Source: an uncultured Planctomycetota bacterium (GTDB taxonomy: Bacteria; Planctomycetota; PLA2; JAEUHO01). From it: a stretch of DNA of 64,000 nucleotides. Positions 30,749 to 40,727 of this stretch are shown piece after piece (position 1 is the stretch's first letter; the number at the start of each line of letters is the position of its first letter). A program made the position numbers and the translations under genes. The DNA lies in the NCBI GenBank assembly GCA_963752285.1, contig CAVVXN010000005.1, forward strand, positions 1,952,001 through 2,016,000, given 5' to 3'. The notes beneath the pieces are model-generated. The model searched no databases. It was not told the origin of the DNA and saw only the letters and a program-made list of their open reading frames with translations.

Positions 30749-30930
30749 CCGAACGTTCGGCGCGCCCGGGTCTCTACAAAAGCCCCCCGAACGAGCCCGC
30801 CCCTGAATCCCGACCCACGGGTCGGTTTTGCCGAACGTTCGGCGCGGCCTCCTCTTTACAGAGCGGCTCTCGCGCGCGGGTCGTGAAGCCCCGCGCGTGG
30901 GCGCGGCGTAGGATCCGGCCGTGCGACGCG
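30749..30930. repeat. right copy of the palindromic repeat
   Basis: CCGAACGTTCGG at 30749-30760 and 30831-30842; AATCCCGACC.ACGGGTCGGTTTTGCC shared with 29790-29816. Confidence 0.8.
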
Positions 30931-32594
30931 GGCCCGTCCTCTTCGCGCTCCTCCTCGCGGCGATCGGCGCGGGCGGGCTCTGGCGGGCGCTCGCCCCGAA
31001 GCCTCCGCTCGGCGCCCCGGTCGGCGGGACGCCCCCGGGCACGACGGCGGGACGGACGACCGCGGAGACCGGGAGCGTCGCGGCCGGCCTCCGGGGGACG
31101 CCGGGCGCGGCCGCCCGAGCCGAGGTCGATCTGTCGAACGCGGACGTCGCCACGACGCTCGCGGCGGTCCGCTTCTCACCCCCGGCCCTACCGGCGTCCG
31201 TCGTCGCCCGCCTCCGTGCGCTGGTCGCAAAGCGGCCGGGCCTCCTCGAAGTCTGGATCGCGACCGCGATCTACGACGAACCGCTGCCTGAGGACCCGAC
31301 GTTCGACGGGGGGCCCGGCCCGAAGTGGGCGACGTACTGGGCGCTCGTCGCCGTCGGGCCGCCCGCGGCGAAGGCCCTGGCGGATCGGCTCCAAGACGAG
31401 CGCGATCCGAAGCTCCAGGAGGACCTGCTCCGGGCCCTCTGCGCGTTCGAGGACGACGGCGCCGCCGCCGCGGTGCTGATCTCCGTTCTCCGCGACCCGA
31501 AGACGACCGACCGGGTCCGCTGGTACACGGCGGAGGCTCTGGCGCACGCCGGCGACGCCGGCCGACCGGCGATCCCCGACCTCGCGGAGCACGCCGAGCG
31601 ACCGAACGGAGCGATGTGGCAGATCTCCCTCCAGTCGGTGCTGACCCTCGCGGGTCCGTCCTCCCCCGAGGCCCAGGCGGTGGTGACTCAGCTCCTCCAG
31701 CGGGACGATCCGGTGCTCCTCGCCACCGTGCTGGAGACCGTCGGACGGACCCTCGGCGCCGAGGCCGTGCCGCTCCGACCGGCCATCGAGAACCTTCTCG
31801 GACACGAGAGCTCGGACGTGAGGGCGTGGGCGCTCTTCGCGCTCGCCCGAACCGGCGTGGAAGACGTCGCGACGATCCAGCGGATCGGGCACCTCGTCGA
31901 GGACGAGACCGAGGAGGGCGAGAAGCAGGCGATCGCCGTGCTCGCCGCGAGCGGGAAGGCGGGACAGGACGAGCTCGTCCAGGTCGCGCGCCGGGCGGAC
32001 CTCCTCGAGGTCGCGCTCCACGCCTGCCAGGCGCTCGACGCGCGCGGCTACCCCCTCGCCGACCACCTGGACGTCGTCCTGCCCCTCTACCTGGACGGGG
32101 AAGACCAAGTGGCCACGGGCGTGCTCCGCCTCCTCTCGACGATGCAACCGGGCCCGAGGGCACGGGACGTCCTGGACCTGCTGCGCCGCCAGATCCAGAG
32201 CTCCGAGGACCCGCACCGGTTCGCCGCGCTGTGGATCCTCGCGAACGTCGAGGGCGACGACGCCGCGGTCGAGAAGCTCTTCGACGAGGCGTTCGAAGAC
32301 CCGACGCCGCTCCGGGACGTGGGCGTGATCTCGGCGCTCGGGGAGGCGACGACGCACATGGCGCGTCGCGTCGCGATCCTGGAGGCGCACGCCGACCGGG
32401 CTCCGGACGAGGTCGCGGCGGTACTCGGGAGATTCGCCGTGGCGGACGACGGGGCCCTCGCCGCGCTCGAGCGCGTCGCCGCCGCCCACCCGGAGGTCCG
32501 CTGGCGCGTCGACCTCGCCCACCAGCGGCGGGAGGCGATCGCCCGTCACCCCGGAGAGGGCGCCGCGGGCACGTCCTCCTCCGGGTGGAGGTAG
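30921..32594 (+). CDS. membrane-anchored HEAT repeat protein
   Basis: N-terminal hydrophobic anchor; VRWYTAEALA and VRAWALFALA helical repeats. Confidence 0.7.
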   Translation: MRRGPVLFALLLAAIGAGGLWRALAPKPPLGAPVGGTPPGTTAGRTTAETGSVAAGLRGTPGAAARAEVDLSNADVATTLAAVRFSPPALPASVVARLRALVAKRPGLLEVWIATAIYDEPLPEDPTFDGGPGPKWATYWALVAVGPPAAKALADRLQDERDPKLQEDLLRALCAFEDDGAAAAVLISVLRDPKTTDRVRWYTAEALAHAGDAGRPAIPDLAEHAERPNGAMWQISLQSVLTLAGPSSPEAQAVVTQLLQRDDPVLLATVLETVGRTLGAEAVPLRPAIENLLGHESSDVRAWALFALARTGVEDVATIQRIGHLVEDETEEGEKQAIAVLAASGKAGQDELVQVARRADLLEVALHACQALDARGYPLADHLDVVLPLYLDGEDQVATGVLRLLSTMQPGPRARDVLDLLRRQIQSSEDPHRFAALWILANVEGDDAAVEKLFDEAFEDPTPLRDVGVISALGEATTHMARRVAILEAHADRAPDEVAAVLGRFAVADDGALAALERVAAAHPEVRWRVDLAHQRREAIARHPGEGAAGTSSSGWR

Positions 32595-33853
32595 CGGCGC
32601 ACCACGCGGCCGATCGTGAGGCCCTGGACGAGGATCGAGAACACCACGACCACGTAGGTCATCGTGATGATCTCGTCCACGCCCGTCCGCTCGGCGCCGC
32701 GCGGGAACCGGTCGCGAAGCGACAGCGCGAGGGCCACGGAGATCCCGCCACGGAGCCCGCCCCACGTCAGGACCTTCACGCCGTGCGACGGAAACGGGCG
32801 GAGGAGACGCAGGGCCGTGGCGGGCACGCCCACGGCGACGAAGCGCGCGAAGAGCACGGCGGGGACGGCCACCGCGCCCGCGAGGAGGTACTCGCCGCGC
32901 ACCGTGATCACCATGACCTCCATGCCGATCAGCAGGAAGAGCACGGCGTTCAGCACCATGTCCACGAGCTCCCAGAAGCCGTCGAGGTGCTCGCGGGTGA
33001 GGTCGGACATCGCGAACGCGCGCCCGTGGTTCCCGAGCAGCACACCCGCCACGACCATCGCGATCGGACCGGAGACGTGGAGCGCGTTCGCCGCGGCGTA
33101 TCCGCCGGTCACGAGGGCGAGCGTGATCAAGACCTCGATCTTGTACTCGTCCATCGACTTCAGCATGCGGTACGCGACCCAGCCCGTGACGAAGCCGAAC
33201 GCCGCGCCGCCGAGGGCCTCGCGGACGAAGAGGACGAGGACCTTGGCCGCATCCGGCGCCACCGCCGTGCTCCCCGGCGCCTGGGCGGTCGCGACCTCGA
33301 GCACGATCACGAACAGCACGACCCCCACGCCGTCGTTGAACAGCGACTCGCCGGCGAAGATCGTCTCGAGGGCCTTCGGCGCGTGGATCGACTCGAGGAG
33401 GCCGAGCACGGCGATGGGGTCGGTCGGCGCGATGAGCGAGCCGAACAGAAGGCAGTGGACGAGCGAGAGGTCGATTCCGAGGAGGCGGGTGGCGCCCCAC
33501 GTGATCCCGGCGACGAGCGCCGCGGTGAGCAGCGTGCCGATCGTCGCGAGAAGGCCGATGCCGAGGCCCTGCGCGCGGAGGCGTTCCAGGTCCACATGGA
33601 GCGCCCCGGCGAACAGGAGGAAGCCGAGCATCCCCTGGAGCAGCGTCTCGTTGAAGTCGATCGAGCCGAGGAAGCCCTCTGCCGACTGCCGGAGGGACGG
33701 GAAGAGCGCACCGGAGAACAGGATCGCGAGCGAGAGCACCAGCGACATCAGCATCACGCCGATCGTCGTGGGGAGCCCCAACCACTTGAAGTTCACGTAG
33801 CTGAAGACCGCAGCCAGGACGAGCAGGACCGCGACGATGTCGAAGAGCGACAT
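32546..33853 (-). CDS. CPA1 (NhaP-type) Na+/H+ antiporter
   Basis: LLFAGAL, PTDPIAV, GESLFNDG, WGGLRGGIS, SILVQGLTI. Confidence 0.93.
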   Translation of the reverse strand: MSLFDIVAVLLVLAAVFSYVNFKWLGLPTTIGVMLMSLVLSLAILFSGALFPSLRQSAEGFLGSIDFNETLLQGMLGFLLFAGALHVDLERLRAQGLGIGLLATIGTLLTAALVAGITWGATRLLGIDLSLVHCLLFGSLIAPTDPIAVLGLLESIHAPKALETIFAGESLFNDGVGVVLFVIVLEVATAQAPGSTAVAPDAAKVLVLFVREALGGAAFGFVTGWVAYRMLKSMDEYKIEVLITLALVTGGYAAANALHVSGPIAMVVAGVLLGNHGRAFAMSDLTREHLDGFWELVDMVLNAVLFLLIGMEVMVITVRGEYLLAGAVAVPAVLFARFVAVGVPATALRLLRPFPSHGVKVLTWGGLRGGISVALALSLRDRFPRGAERTGVDEIITMTYVVVVFSILVQGLTIGRVVRRYLHPEEDVPAAPSPG

Positions 33854-34002
33854 CCGCAGAGTCTACCGGACGCCTCTGTCGGTCGAAGGTCCTCGGACGT
33901 ATGCTCCGCCTCTCTCGGAGCCCCGCGCCGTCGAGCGGGCCGCCGTGTTCGCGCGCGGACGTGCGGCCCGGGCCTCGACGGACGGGCGCCAGAGGAGACC
34001 CC

Positions 34003-35583
34003 TTGAAGGCGCTCCTGCTCCACCCGGAGTTCTCTCCGCACGGGTTCTGGAACTACAAGGAGGTGTGCCGGCTGCTCGGCGCGCGGTACCCCGCCTCCCC
34101 GCTCGGGCTCGTCACGATGGCGGCGCTCCTCCCCGCGGAGTGGGAGGTTCGTCTCGTGGACCTGAACGCGAGGCGGCTCGACGACGGGGTCCTCGACTGG
34201 GCCGATCTCGTCTTCGTCGGCGGCATGCTCTCACAGCAGGCTGAGACCCTCGGCTTGATCCGGCGGGCGCACGAGCGCGGGAAGCGGGTGGTCGTCGGCG
34301 GACCCGACCCGACCTCGCAGCCCGGGATCTACGCCGAAGCCGACTACCTCGTCCTCGGCGAGGCCGAGCGCACGCTGCCGCTCTTCCTCGCCGATCTCGC
34401 GCGCGGGGCGGACTCGGGCACGTATCGGCCCGGCGAGCGGATCGAGATGACCGAGAGCCCCGTGCCCCGGTTCGACCTGCTTCGGCTCCGCGACTACGTG
34501 ATGATCGGCGTGCAGACGAGCCGAGGATGTCCCTTCGACTGCGAGTTCTGCGACATCGTCGAGCTCTACGGCCGGAAGCCTCGGTCCAAGTCGCCGGAGC
34601 AGGTCGTCCGGGAGCTCGAGGCGCTCTACGCGCTCGGCCACCGGGGCCACGTGGACCTCGTGGACGACAACTTCATCGGCCACAAGGCGAGGGCCAAGGC
34701 CATCCTCCGCGCGATGAAGGCGTGGTCGGACGAGCGCGGGCACCCGTTCTACTACTCGACCGAAGCCTCTCTGAACCTCTCCGACGACCACGAGATGCTG
34801 GCGCTGATGCAGGCGCTCGACTTCCGGTACGTGTTCGTCGGACTCGAGTCCCCCGACGAGGCGACCCTGGCCGCGGTCGGGAAGCGGGCCAACGTCCACC
34901 GCGACCTGGTGCGCGACGTCCACGAGATCCAGCGGTACGGCATCGTGGTGAACGCGGGCTTCATCCTCGGGTTCGACCACGAGGACCGCGACGCCGCGCG
35001 GCGCATGGCCGATCTCGTGCGCGAGAGCCGGATCCCGATGGCGATGGTGGGGCTCCTCTACGCCCTCCCCCACACCCGGCTCACGAGGCGGCTCGCGACG
35101 GAAGGCCGGCTCCTCCTGGACCACGGCGCCCCGATCCCCGCCTCCCCCACACACGCCGACCAGGTGTCGAGCGGCCTCAACTTCGTGACCGTGCGGCCCC
35201 GGGCGCAGGTGATCGGGGACCTCGTCGAGGTCGTGGGCTCGATCTACGCCGCGCGGGCCTACTTCGACCGGTGCCTCGACCTCTGCCGGGGCTTCGAGCG
35301 CCAGGCGGGGTACGCGCCCTCCTGGCGACGCGTGCTGAGCCTCGCCCGGGGCTTCGTCCTGACCTCGGCGAAGCTGGGGTTCCGACCCTCGACGGCCTGG
35401 CTCTACTGGCGGAACCTCTTCCGGGTCCTCTTCACCCGGATCTCGGCGGTCGAGACGCTCGTGAACCTGATGGCGATGTACATCCACTTCCGCAAGCAGT
35501 CCCGCTTCATCCTCTTGACGATGCGCGGGCGGCTCGCCGAGGGGGCGGGCGCCAACGGCCTCACCCGGGCGAGCTTCTCCTGA
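34003..35583 (+). CDS. B12-binding radical SAM protein (DUF4070-type C-terminus)
   Basis: PLGLVTMAA, GGPDPT, RGCPFDCEFC (CxxxCxxC), VDDNFIG; TTG start after GAGGAG. Confidence 0.9.
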   Translation: MKALLLHPEFSPHGFWNYKEVCRLLGARYPASPLGLVTMAALLPAEWEVRLVDLNARRLDDGVLDWADLVFVGGMLSQQAETLGLIRRAHERGKRVVVGGPDPTSQPGIYAEADYLVLGEAERTLPLFLADLARGADSGTYRPGERIEMTESPVPRFDLLRLRDYVMIGVQTSRGCPFDCEFCDIVELYGRKPRSKSPEQVVRELEALYALGHRGHVDLVDDNFIGHKARAKAILRAMKAWSDERGHPFYYSTEASLNLSDDHEMLALMQALDFRYVFVGLESPDEATLAAVGKRANVHRDLVRDVHEIQRYGIVVNAGFILGFDHEDRDAARRMADLVRESRIPMAMVGLLYALPHTRLTRRLATEGRLLLDHGAPIPASPTHADQVSSGLNFVTVRPRAQVIGDLVEVVGSIYAARAYFDRCLDLCRGFERQAGYAPSWRRVLSLARGFVLTSAKLGFRPSTAWLYWRNLFRVLFTRISAVETLVNLMAMYIHFRKQSRFILLTMRGRLAEGAGANGLTRASFS

Positions 35584-35776
35584 GCCACGGGCCGCGACCG
35601 TGCGAGGTGGCGCCCCGGACCCGCCCGCCCACGGGCCGGCCCGCGCGGTCCCCGGCCCGGCGCGGGGGTCGTTTTGGGAACCGGCGCCCGCTTCCCTCGC
35701 CGCCATGGCGGCGGGCCAGTAGAGTCTCTGCCCGTCCGGGCCGGGGGTGCCGGTCCGGCGGGCCCGGGAGAGACGC

Positions 35777-36319
35777 ATGCCGATGCAGATCCAGTTCCCG
35801 CAGGAGGTAGGCCTGCGCGACGCGCGGCGGGTGATCATCCGCCCCTTCACCGAACACGACGCGGACGCGCTCTTCGCCTTCTTCCAGGGTCTCCCCGAAC
35901 AGGCCCAACGACTCGCGTGGGACCGGATCGACGCCCGAACCACGGTCGACGTGTGGGCCCGACGACTCGACTACGACCGCGTGGTCCCGCTCCTCGCGCT
36001 CGACGGGGAGCGGATCGTGGCCGACGCGACGCTCCACTACCGGAGCCACGGCCCGCTGCGGCGCGTCGGGCGCGTGAAGTGGCTGATCGACCCGGCCTAC
36101 CGGGGCGCGGGCATCGGGACGGCGCTGGTCACGAACTTCATCGAGATGGCACGGCTGAACGGCCTGCGCCGCCTGACCTGCATGCTCGTGGACGGCTACG
36201 AGCAGGACGCCCAGAAGACGCTCGACCGGATGGGGTTCGAGTCGCTCCGGCTCCCGGGGTACGGAACGGACCCGGACGGCGAGCAGGTGGACATGCTCAA
36301 GCTGATCCTGGCCCTCTGA
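35777..36319 (+). CDS. GNAT family N-acetyltransferase
   Basis: IRPFTEHD, IDPAYRGAGIGTAL acetyl-CoA motif, LDRMGF. Confidence 0.88.
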   Translation: MPMQIQFPQEVGLRDARRVIIRPFTEHDADALFAFFQGLPEQAQRLAWDRIDARTTVDVWARRLDYDRVVPLLALDGERIVADATLHYRSHGPLRRVGRVKWLIDPAYRGAGIGTALVTNFIEMARLNGLRRLTCMLVDGYEQDAQKTLDRMGFESLRLPGYGTDPDGEQVDMLKLILAL

Positions 36320-36325
36320 CCCCCC

Positions 36326-36426
36326 CATACGGAGCCAGAGCAAATCGTCCGAATCAGCGCTCCGCCGCAGGCGGCCGACGGGGGGCCCGGCCGCCTGAGT
36401 AGGACAAATTGCTCTGGCTCCGTATG
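36326..36426. mobile_element. MITE-like 101-bp element or bidirectional terminator
   Basis: perfect 18-bp terminal inverted repeat CATACGGAGCCAGAGCAA; internal 10-bp stem CAGGCGGCCG/CGGCCGCCTG; between convergent genes. Confidence 0.5.
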
Positions 36427-36473
36427 TCCCCCCCCCGTGTGGGTGGGGGAATCGGGGGCCTCGCTCGTCGGGG

Positions 36474-37584
36474 TCAGGCGCCGCCCAGCTTGGTTCGGAG
36501 CGCGGCTTCCATGAAGGGCAGGATGTCGCCGTCGAGCACGGCCTGGATGTTGCCCGTCTCGTGGTCCGTGCGGTGGTCCTTCACCAGCTGGTACGGGTGC
36601 AGCACGTACGAGCGGATCTGGTAGCCCCAGCCGATCTCGCCCTTCTCGTCGTACCGGTTCGCCGCATCCTCCTGGCGCCGTTCCTCCTCGAGACGCACCA
36701 GCTTGGCCTTCAGCATCTGCATGGCCATCTTCTTGTTGCGGTGCTGGCTCCGCTCGTTCTGGCAGGCCGCCACCACCCCGGTCGGCAGGTGTCGGATCCG
36801 CACCGCGGACTCGGTCTTGTTGACGTGCTGGCCGCCGGCGCCGCCCGCGCGGAAGGTCTCGATCTCGATGTCGCCTTCCTTGATCTCGATGCCCTCGTCC
36901 TCCGCCACGACCGGCGTCACGTCCACGGACGCGAACGTCGTCTGACGGCGCTTCTGCGCGTCGAAGGGCGAGATGCGCACGAGGCGGTGGACGCCCGCCT
37001 CCGTCTTCAGGTAGCCGTACGCGTAGGCGCCCTGGATTTCGACCACCGCCCAGCGAACGCCCGCCTCGTCGTTGTCGAGGCGGTCCACCTGGCGCACCGC
37101 GAAGCCCATCGACTCCGCCCAGCCCGCGTACATGCGCAGCAGCATCGCCGCCCAGTCGCACGACTCGGTCCCACCCGCGCCGGCCTGGACCTGCAGGAAC
37201 GCGTCCTTGTCGTCGTTGGGGCCGGAGAGCATCGCGCGGAACTCGAGGTCCTCGAGCGACTTCTCCAGCGCCCGCGCCTCGGTCCCGGCCTCGGCGAGCG
37301 CCGACTCGTCTTCCTCCTCGGTCGCGAGGCCGAGCAGCACGTCCGCGTCCTCGAGGCGGTGCTCGAACGCGCTCCACGGCTCGAAGACGGACCTCACGGA
37401 CTTCAGTCGCGCGACCACGCCCTGCGCGGCCTCCGGATCGTCCCAGAAGCCCTCGGCGGACATCTTCTCCTCGAGGGCCTGTCGCTCGGACCTCAGGCGG
37501 TCCAGGTCAAAGCCGCCCCCGGACGAGGTCGAAGCGGTCCCTCAGGGTGGCGAGATCGGCACGGAGGTCGTCGAACGCGGACAT
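36474..37584 (-). CDS. prfB: peptide chain release factor 2 with programmed +1 frameshift
   Basis: SPF and GGQ motifs; ATG 37584, 25 codons, then CTT TGA C (37512-37506) preceded by SD-like CGGGGG. Confidence 0.96.
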
Positions 37585-37639
37585 GATGGGCAGACGGTAC
37601 GGAACCGCGCGGGGCATGACAACCCGGGCCCCACCGCGG

Positions 37640-39064
37640 CTACCACCACTCGAACGCGTCCACGAACCGGCCCCCCGTGGCCGTCGCGATGCGCTTCAGG
37701 AGCGGGAAGACCTCGTCGCCGGCCGCGATCGCGTGCACGGGCACGCGGCCCTGGGAGAGGCGGCGGATCCCCTCGACCACCTCGTCGTCCCGGCGGTACC
37801 GACCGCGGTTCGGGGCGCCGTCGGACAGGAGGAAGATCGCGTCGACGCGCGAGGCGCCGGGGACCGCGCGGTCGCCGATGCCCCCGTACCCGAAGGCCGT
37901 CTCCACCGCGTCGTACAGGTTCGTGTACGACACGGTCTCGAGGCGATCGAGCCACGCCACGACCTCGGCCTTCACGACGGGATGCGCCGGGAGCAGCCCG
38001 CCCCCGCACGGCATCACCTTCTCGTTGAAGGCGATCACGTCGAACCGCGCGGTCGAGGGGAGTCCCGCGATCGTGCGCTCGAGCTCCTCTCGCGCCTGCT
38101 CGATGCCCCGGCCGTACATGCTCTGGCTCACGTCGAGGCAGAACACGACGTGCGGGTGGAGCCCGGCGATCGGGATCCCGTAGTAGGTCGGTACCCACGC
38201 CGGGACGGGGTCGTGGTATCGCGCGTCCGGATCGGAAGCCGCGGCCGACGCCGGCGGCGGGACCGGCTCCGCGCCGCGCGCGAACGCCTCGGGGTGCGCG
38301 GCGATCCACGTGCGCCACGCCGCGGCGTCGGGCGGCAGCGCCGCGTGCGTAAGCGCCGCGAGCGACTCCCACGCCGAGGTCGAGGCCGTCCGATCGCCGC
38401 CGTCCAGGATCGACACGAGCGCGCCCCCCGCCTCGCGCCCGCCCAGCCGAGCGAGCGCCCGGGCACGACCCGCCGCGACGAGGCCCGGCTCCGCGCCGCC
38501 CGCCCCCGCGACGATCGGATGGAGGAGCAGGAGCCGCGCCGCCGGGCCGCCGAGTCCGCCCACCGCCTCCACCGCGAGCGCGCGGTCGGCGGGCGTCGCC
38601 GCGGGGTCGCGGGCGCGGTCGAGGAGCGCCCGCTCGGCGTCGTCGTCGCCCCGACGCGCCCCGGCGACGTCCACGGCCGCGAGGTAGACCTCCCACGGAC
38701 GCAGGGCGGAGATCGCCTCGAGCCAGCGCCGCCTCGCGTCCGGGCCCGGGACCCGGGCCAGGAGCCGGACGGCGCGCGCCGCCTCGCGGGGTCCCCGGCG
38801 CCGCAGCACGTCGCCGAGCGCGCGGACGGCCGGGGCGAGCGCCGCGGGGTCGGTCGCGGCCACCCCCTCGAGCAGGGCGAGGGCCTCTTCCCGCGTGCCC
38901 GTGGTGGACGCGAGGAGCCGGGCCGCCCCCGCCTCCACCCGCGATCGCACGTCCTCGCCGCCCCCCCCCGCGCGGCTCGAACGGGCGCCGCCGAGGGCCA
39001 CGATCCCGACCGCGCCCAAGAAGGCGAGCGCGCGGGAGGTCCCGATGCGTACGGCCGGTGCCAC
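37640..39064 (-). CDS. exported HEAT-repeat plus von Willebrand factor A domain protein
   Basis: MIDAS DVSQSM, TNLYDA, LLSDGAP; PTYYGIP linker; GTG start inferred. Confidence 0.8.
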   Translation of the reverse strand: MAPAVRIGTSRALAFLGAVGIVALGGARSSRAGGGGEDVRSRVEAGAARLLASTTGTREEALALLEGVAATDPAALAPAVRALGDVLRRRGPREAARAVRLLARVPGPDARRRWLEAISALRPWEVYLAAVDVAGARRGDDDAERALLDRARDPAATPADRALAVEAVGGLGGPAARLLLLHPIVAGAGGAEPGLVAAGRARALARLGGREAGGALVSILDGGDRTASTSAWESLAALTHAALPPDAAAWRTWIAAHPEAFARGAEPVPPPASAAASDPDARYHDPVPAWVPTYYGIPIAGLHPHVVFCLDVSQSMYGRGIEQAREELERTIAGLPSTARFDVIAFNEKVMPCGGGLLPAHPVVKAEVVAWLDRLETVSYTNLYDAVETAFGYGGIGDRAVPGASRVDAIFLLSDGAPNRGRYRRDDEVVEGIRRLSQGRVPVHAIAAGDEVFPLLKRIATATGGRFVDAFEWW

Positions 39065-39233
39065 GAACTCTCCAACGCCGGAACCCGACCCGGCGCACCC
39101 CCCGGGGCTCCCGCCGGGTGGCAGGGCTTGTGGGTCGCGGCCGGGTTCGTATCGTACGCGCCATGACCGAGGGACCGGCGCGACCGGAATCGGGGTCGGG
39201 GGCCCCCCCTCGAGCCGCCAGCCGCACGTCAAG

Positions 39234-40727
39234 GTGCTGCTCGCGTTTCTCGGGGTCTTCCTCCTCTTCCTGATCCTCTTCCACGGGGTCCTCTTCCCGT
39301 TCCTGATGGCGATCTTCATCGCCTACCTGATCGAGCCCCTCGTGGCCCGGATCACGCGCTCGCGGTTGCTCGGGGTCCGGTGGACGCGCGGTCCGACGAT
39401 CGTCGTGCTCTACGTGCTCGGCATCGGCGGCCTCGTGATGCTCGGCATCGCCGCCACCACGAACGTGGTCGCGCGCGCGAAGGAGCTGACGCTCGACGTC
39501 GCGCAGGGCCTGAAGGAGAACGCCGAGCGCGCGCGGTTCACGATCGAGCCCACCGAGGCGAAGGAGGGCCAGCCCGCAACCGAGGGCTTCCCCCAGGACG
39601 TCCGCATCCCCGCCGGCGTGCGCGTGGTCCTCATGCCCTGGCGCGCGCCGGAGGCCCGTGGTCCCGCGCCGCAGCCCCGCGTCTACGTGACGCACTACGA
39701 CCTGATCGTCCCGGCGGGCGACACGCGGGCGTCGATGCTCCTCGACGTCGCGGACGAGACCGTGCCTCGCGGCGCGAAGGTGGGCACGATCCTCGACGCC
39801 GACCGCGCGACCTCCGTGGACGACGGACCCGTACCCGACGCCGCGGCGCGGCTCCGCGCCGAGATCGACACGCCGGCCGAGGGCCTCGAGGTGCTCCTCG
39901 AGCGCCGCCTCATCACGCCGGTGGTGCAAAACCTCGCGAAGGCGGGGGTCCACCTCGACCCCGGCAAGCTCCGCGCGCTCCTCGCCGCGCAGGCGCGGGG
40001 CGTGAGCGAGGACCTTCCCGAGAAGATCAGCTCGTTCGGGAGGAACTTCGTCGCGAAGGTCGCGCTCTCGATCTACGAGCTGGTCCTGATCCTCATGCTC
40101 ACCGCGTTCATCGTGATGGACCGGAAGCGCATCTCGGAGTTCTTCGCGAGCCTCCCACCCCCCCGCCTGCTGGGCGAGTACAGGACGCTGCTCCGCTACG
40201 TGGACCGCGGCCTGGCCGGCGTGATCCGCGGACAGCTCGTGATCTGCGGCGCGAACGGCACGCTCACGTGGATCGGGCTCACGTTCATCCAGGTGAAGGG
40301 AGCGCTCCTCCTCGCGATCGTCGCGGGGATCCTGAGCCTCATTCCCATCTTCGGCACGATCCTGTCGTCGGTGCCCATCGTGCTGCTCGCGCTCACGGAC
40401 GGCATCGACAAGGGCCTGCTCGCACTCGTCTGGATCCTGATGATCCACCTCATCGAGGCGAACCTCCTGAACCCGCTGATCATGGGCTCGCACGCGCGCA
40501 TGCACCCGGTGATCATCGTGTTCGCCCTCCTCGCAGGGGAGCACGCCTTCGGCGTCTGGGGGGCGCTCCTCGCGGTGCCCACGGCGAGCATCGTGCAGGC
40601 GTGCTTCCTCTACTACCGGCACGAGGTCGAGGGGATCCCGTTCACGCCACCCCAGCCGCACACGTCGTGGATCGCGCGCTGGTGGCGGGCGCGGCGCGCC
40701 GCGGTCGGAAAGAGCGAGGTCTCGTGA
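39234..40727 (+). CDS. AI-2E family transporter with an inserted soluble domain
   Basis: PFLMAIFIAYLIEP, IRGQLVI, LIPIFG, EANLLNPLIMG, GALLAVP; start uncertain (see finding). Confidence 0.85.
   Translation: MLLAFLGVFLLFLILFHGVLFPFLMAIFIAYLIEPLVARITRSRLLGVRWTRGPTIVVLYVLGIGGLVMLGIAATTNVVARAKELTLDVAQGLKENAERARFTIEPTEAKEGQPATEGFPQDVRIPAGVRVVLMPWRAPEARGPAPQPRVYVTHYDLIVPAGDTRASMLLDVADETVPRGAKVGTILDADRATSVDDGPVPDAAARLRAEIDTPAEGLEVLLERRLITPVVQNLAKAGVHLDPGKLRALLAAQARGVSEDLPEKISSFGRNFVAKVALSIYELVLILMLTAFIVMDRKRISEFFASLPPPRLLGEYRTLLRYVDRGLAGVIRGQLVICGANGTLTWIGLTFIQVKGALLLAIVAGILSLIPIFGTILSSVPIVLLALTDGIDKGLLALVWILMIHLIEANLLNPLIMGSHARMHPVIIVFALLAGEHAFGVWGALLAVPTASIVQACFLYYRHEVEGIPFTPPQPHTSWIARWWRARRAAVGKSEVS

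Noticed and set aside
29815..30842. LexA SOS boxes (GAAC...GTTC)
   Set aside because: The Gram-positive box needs a 4-nt spacer; here there is none, and the palindromes sit inside longer repeats.
34003..35583. Hopanoid methylase HpnP assignment
   Set aside because: The family is related, but no hopanoid genes are nearby and the motifs cannot fix the substrate.
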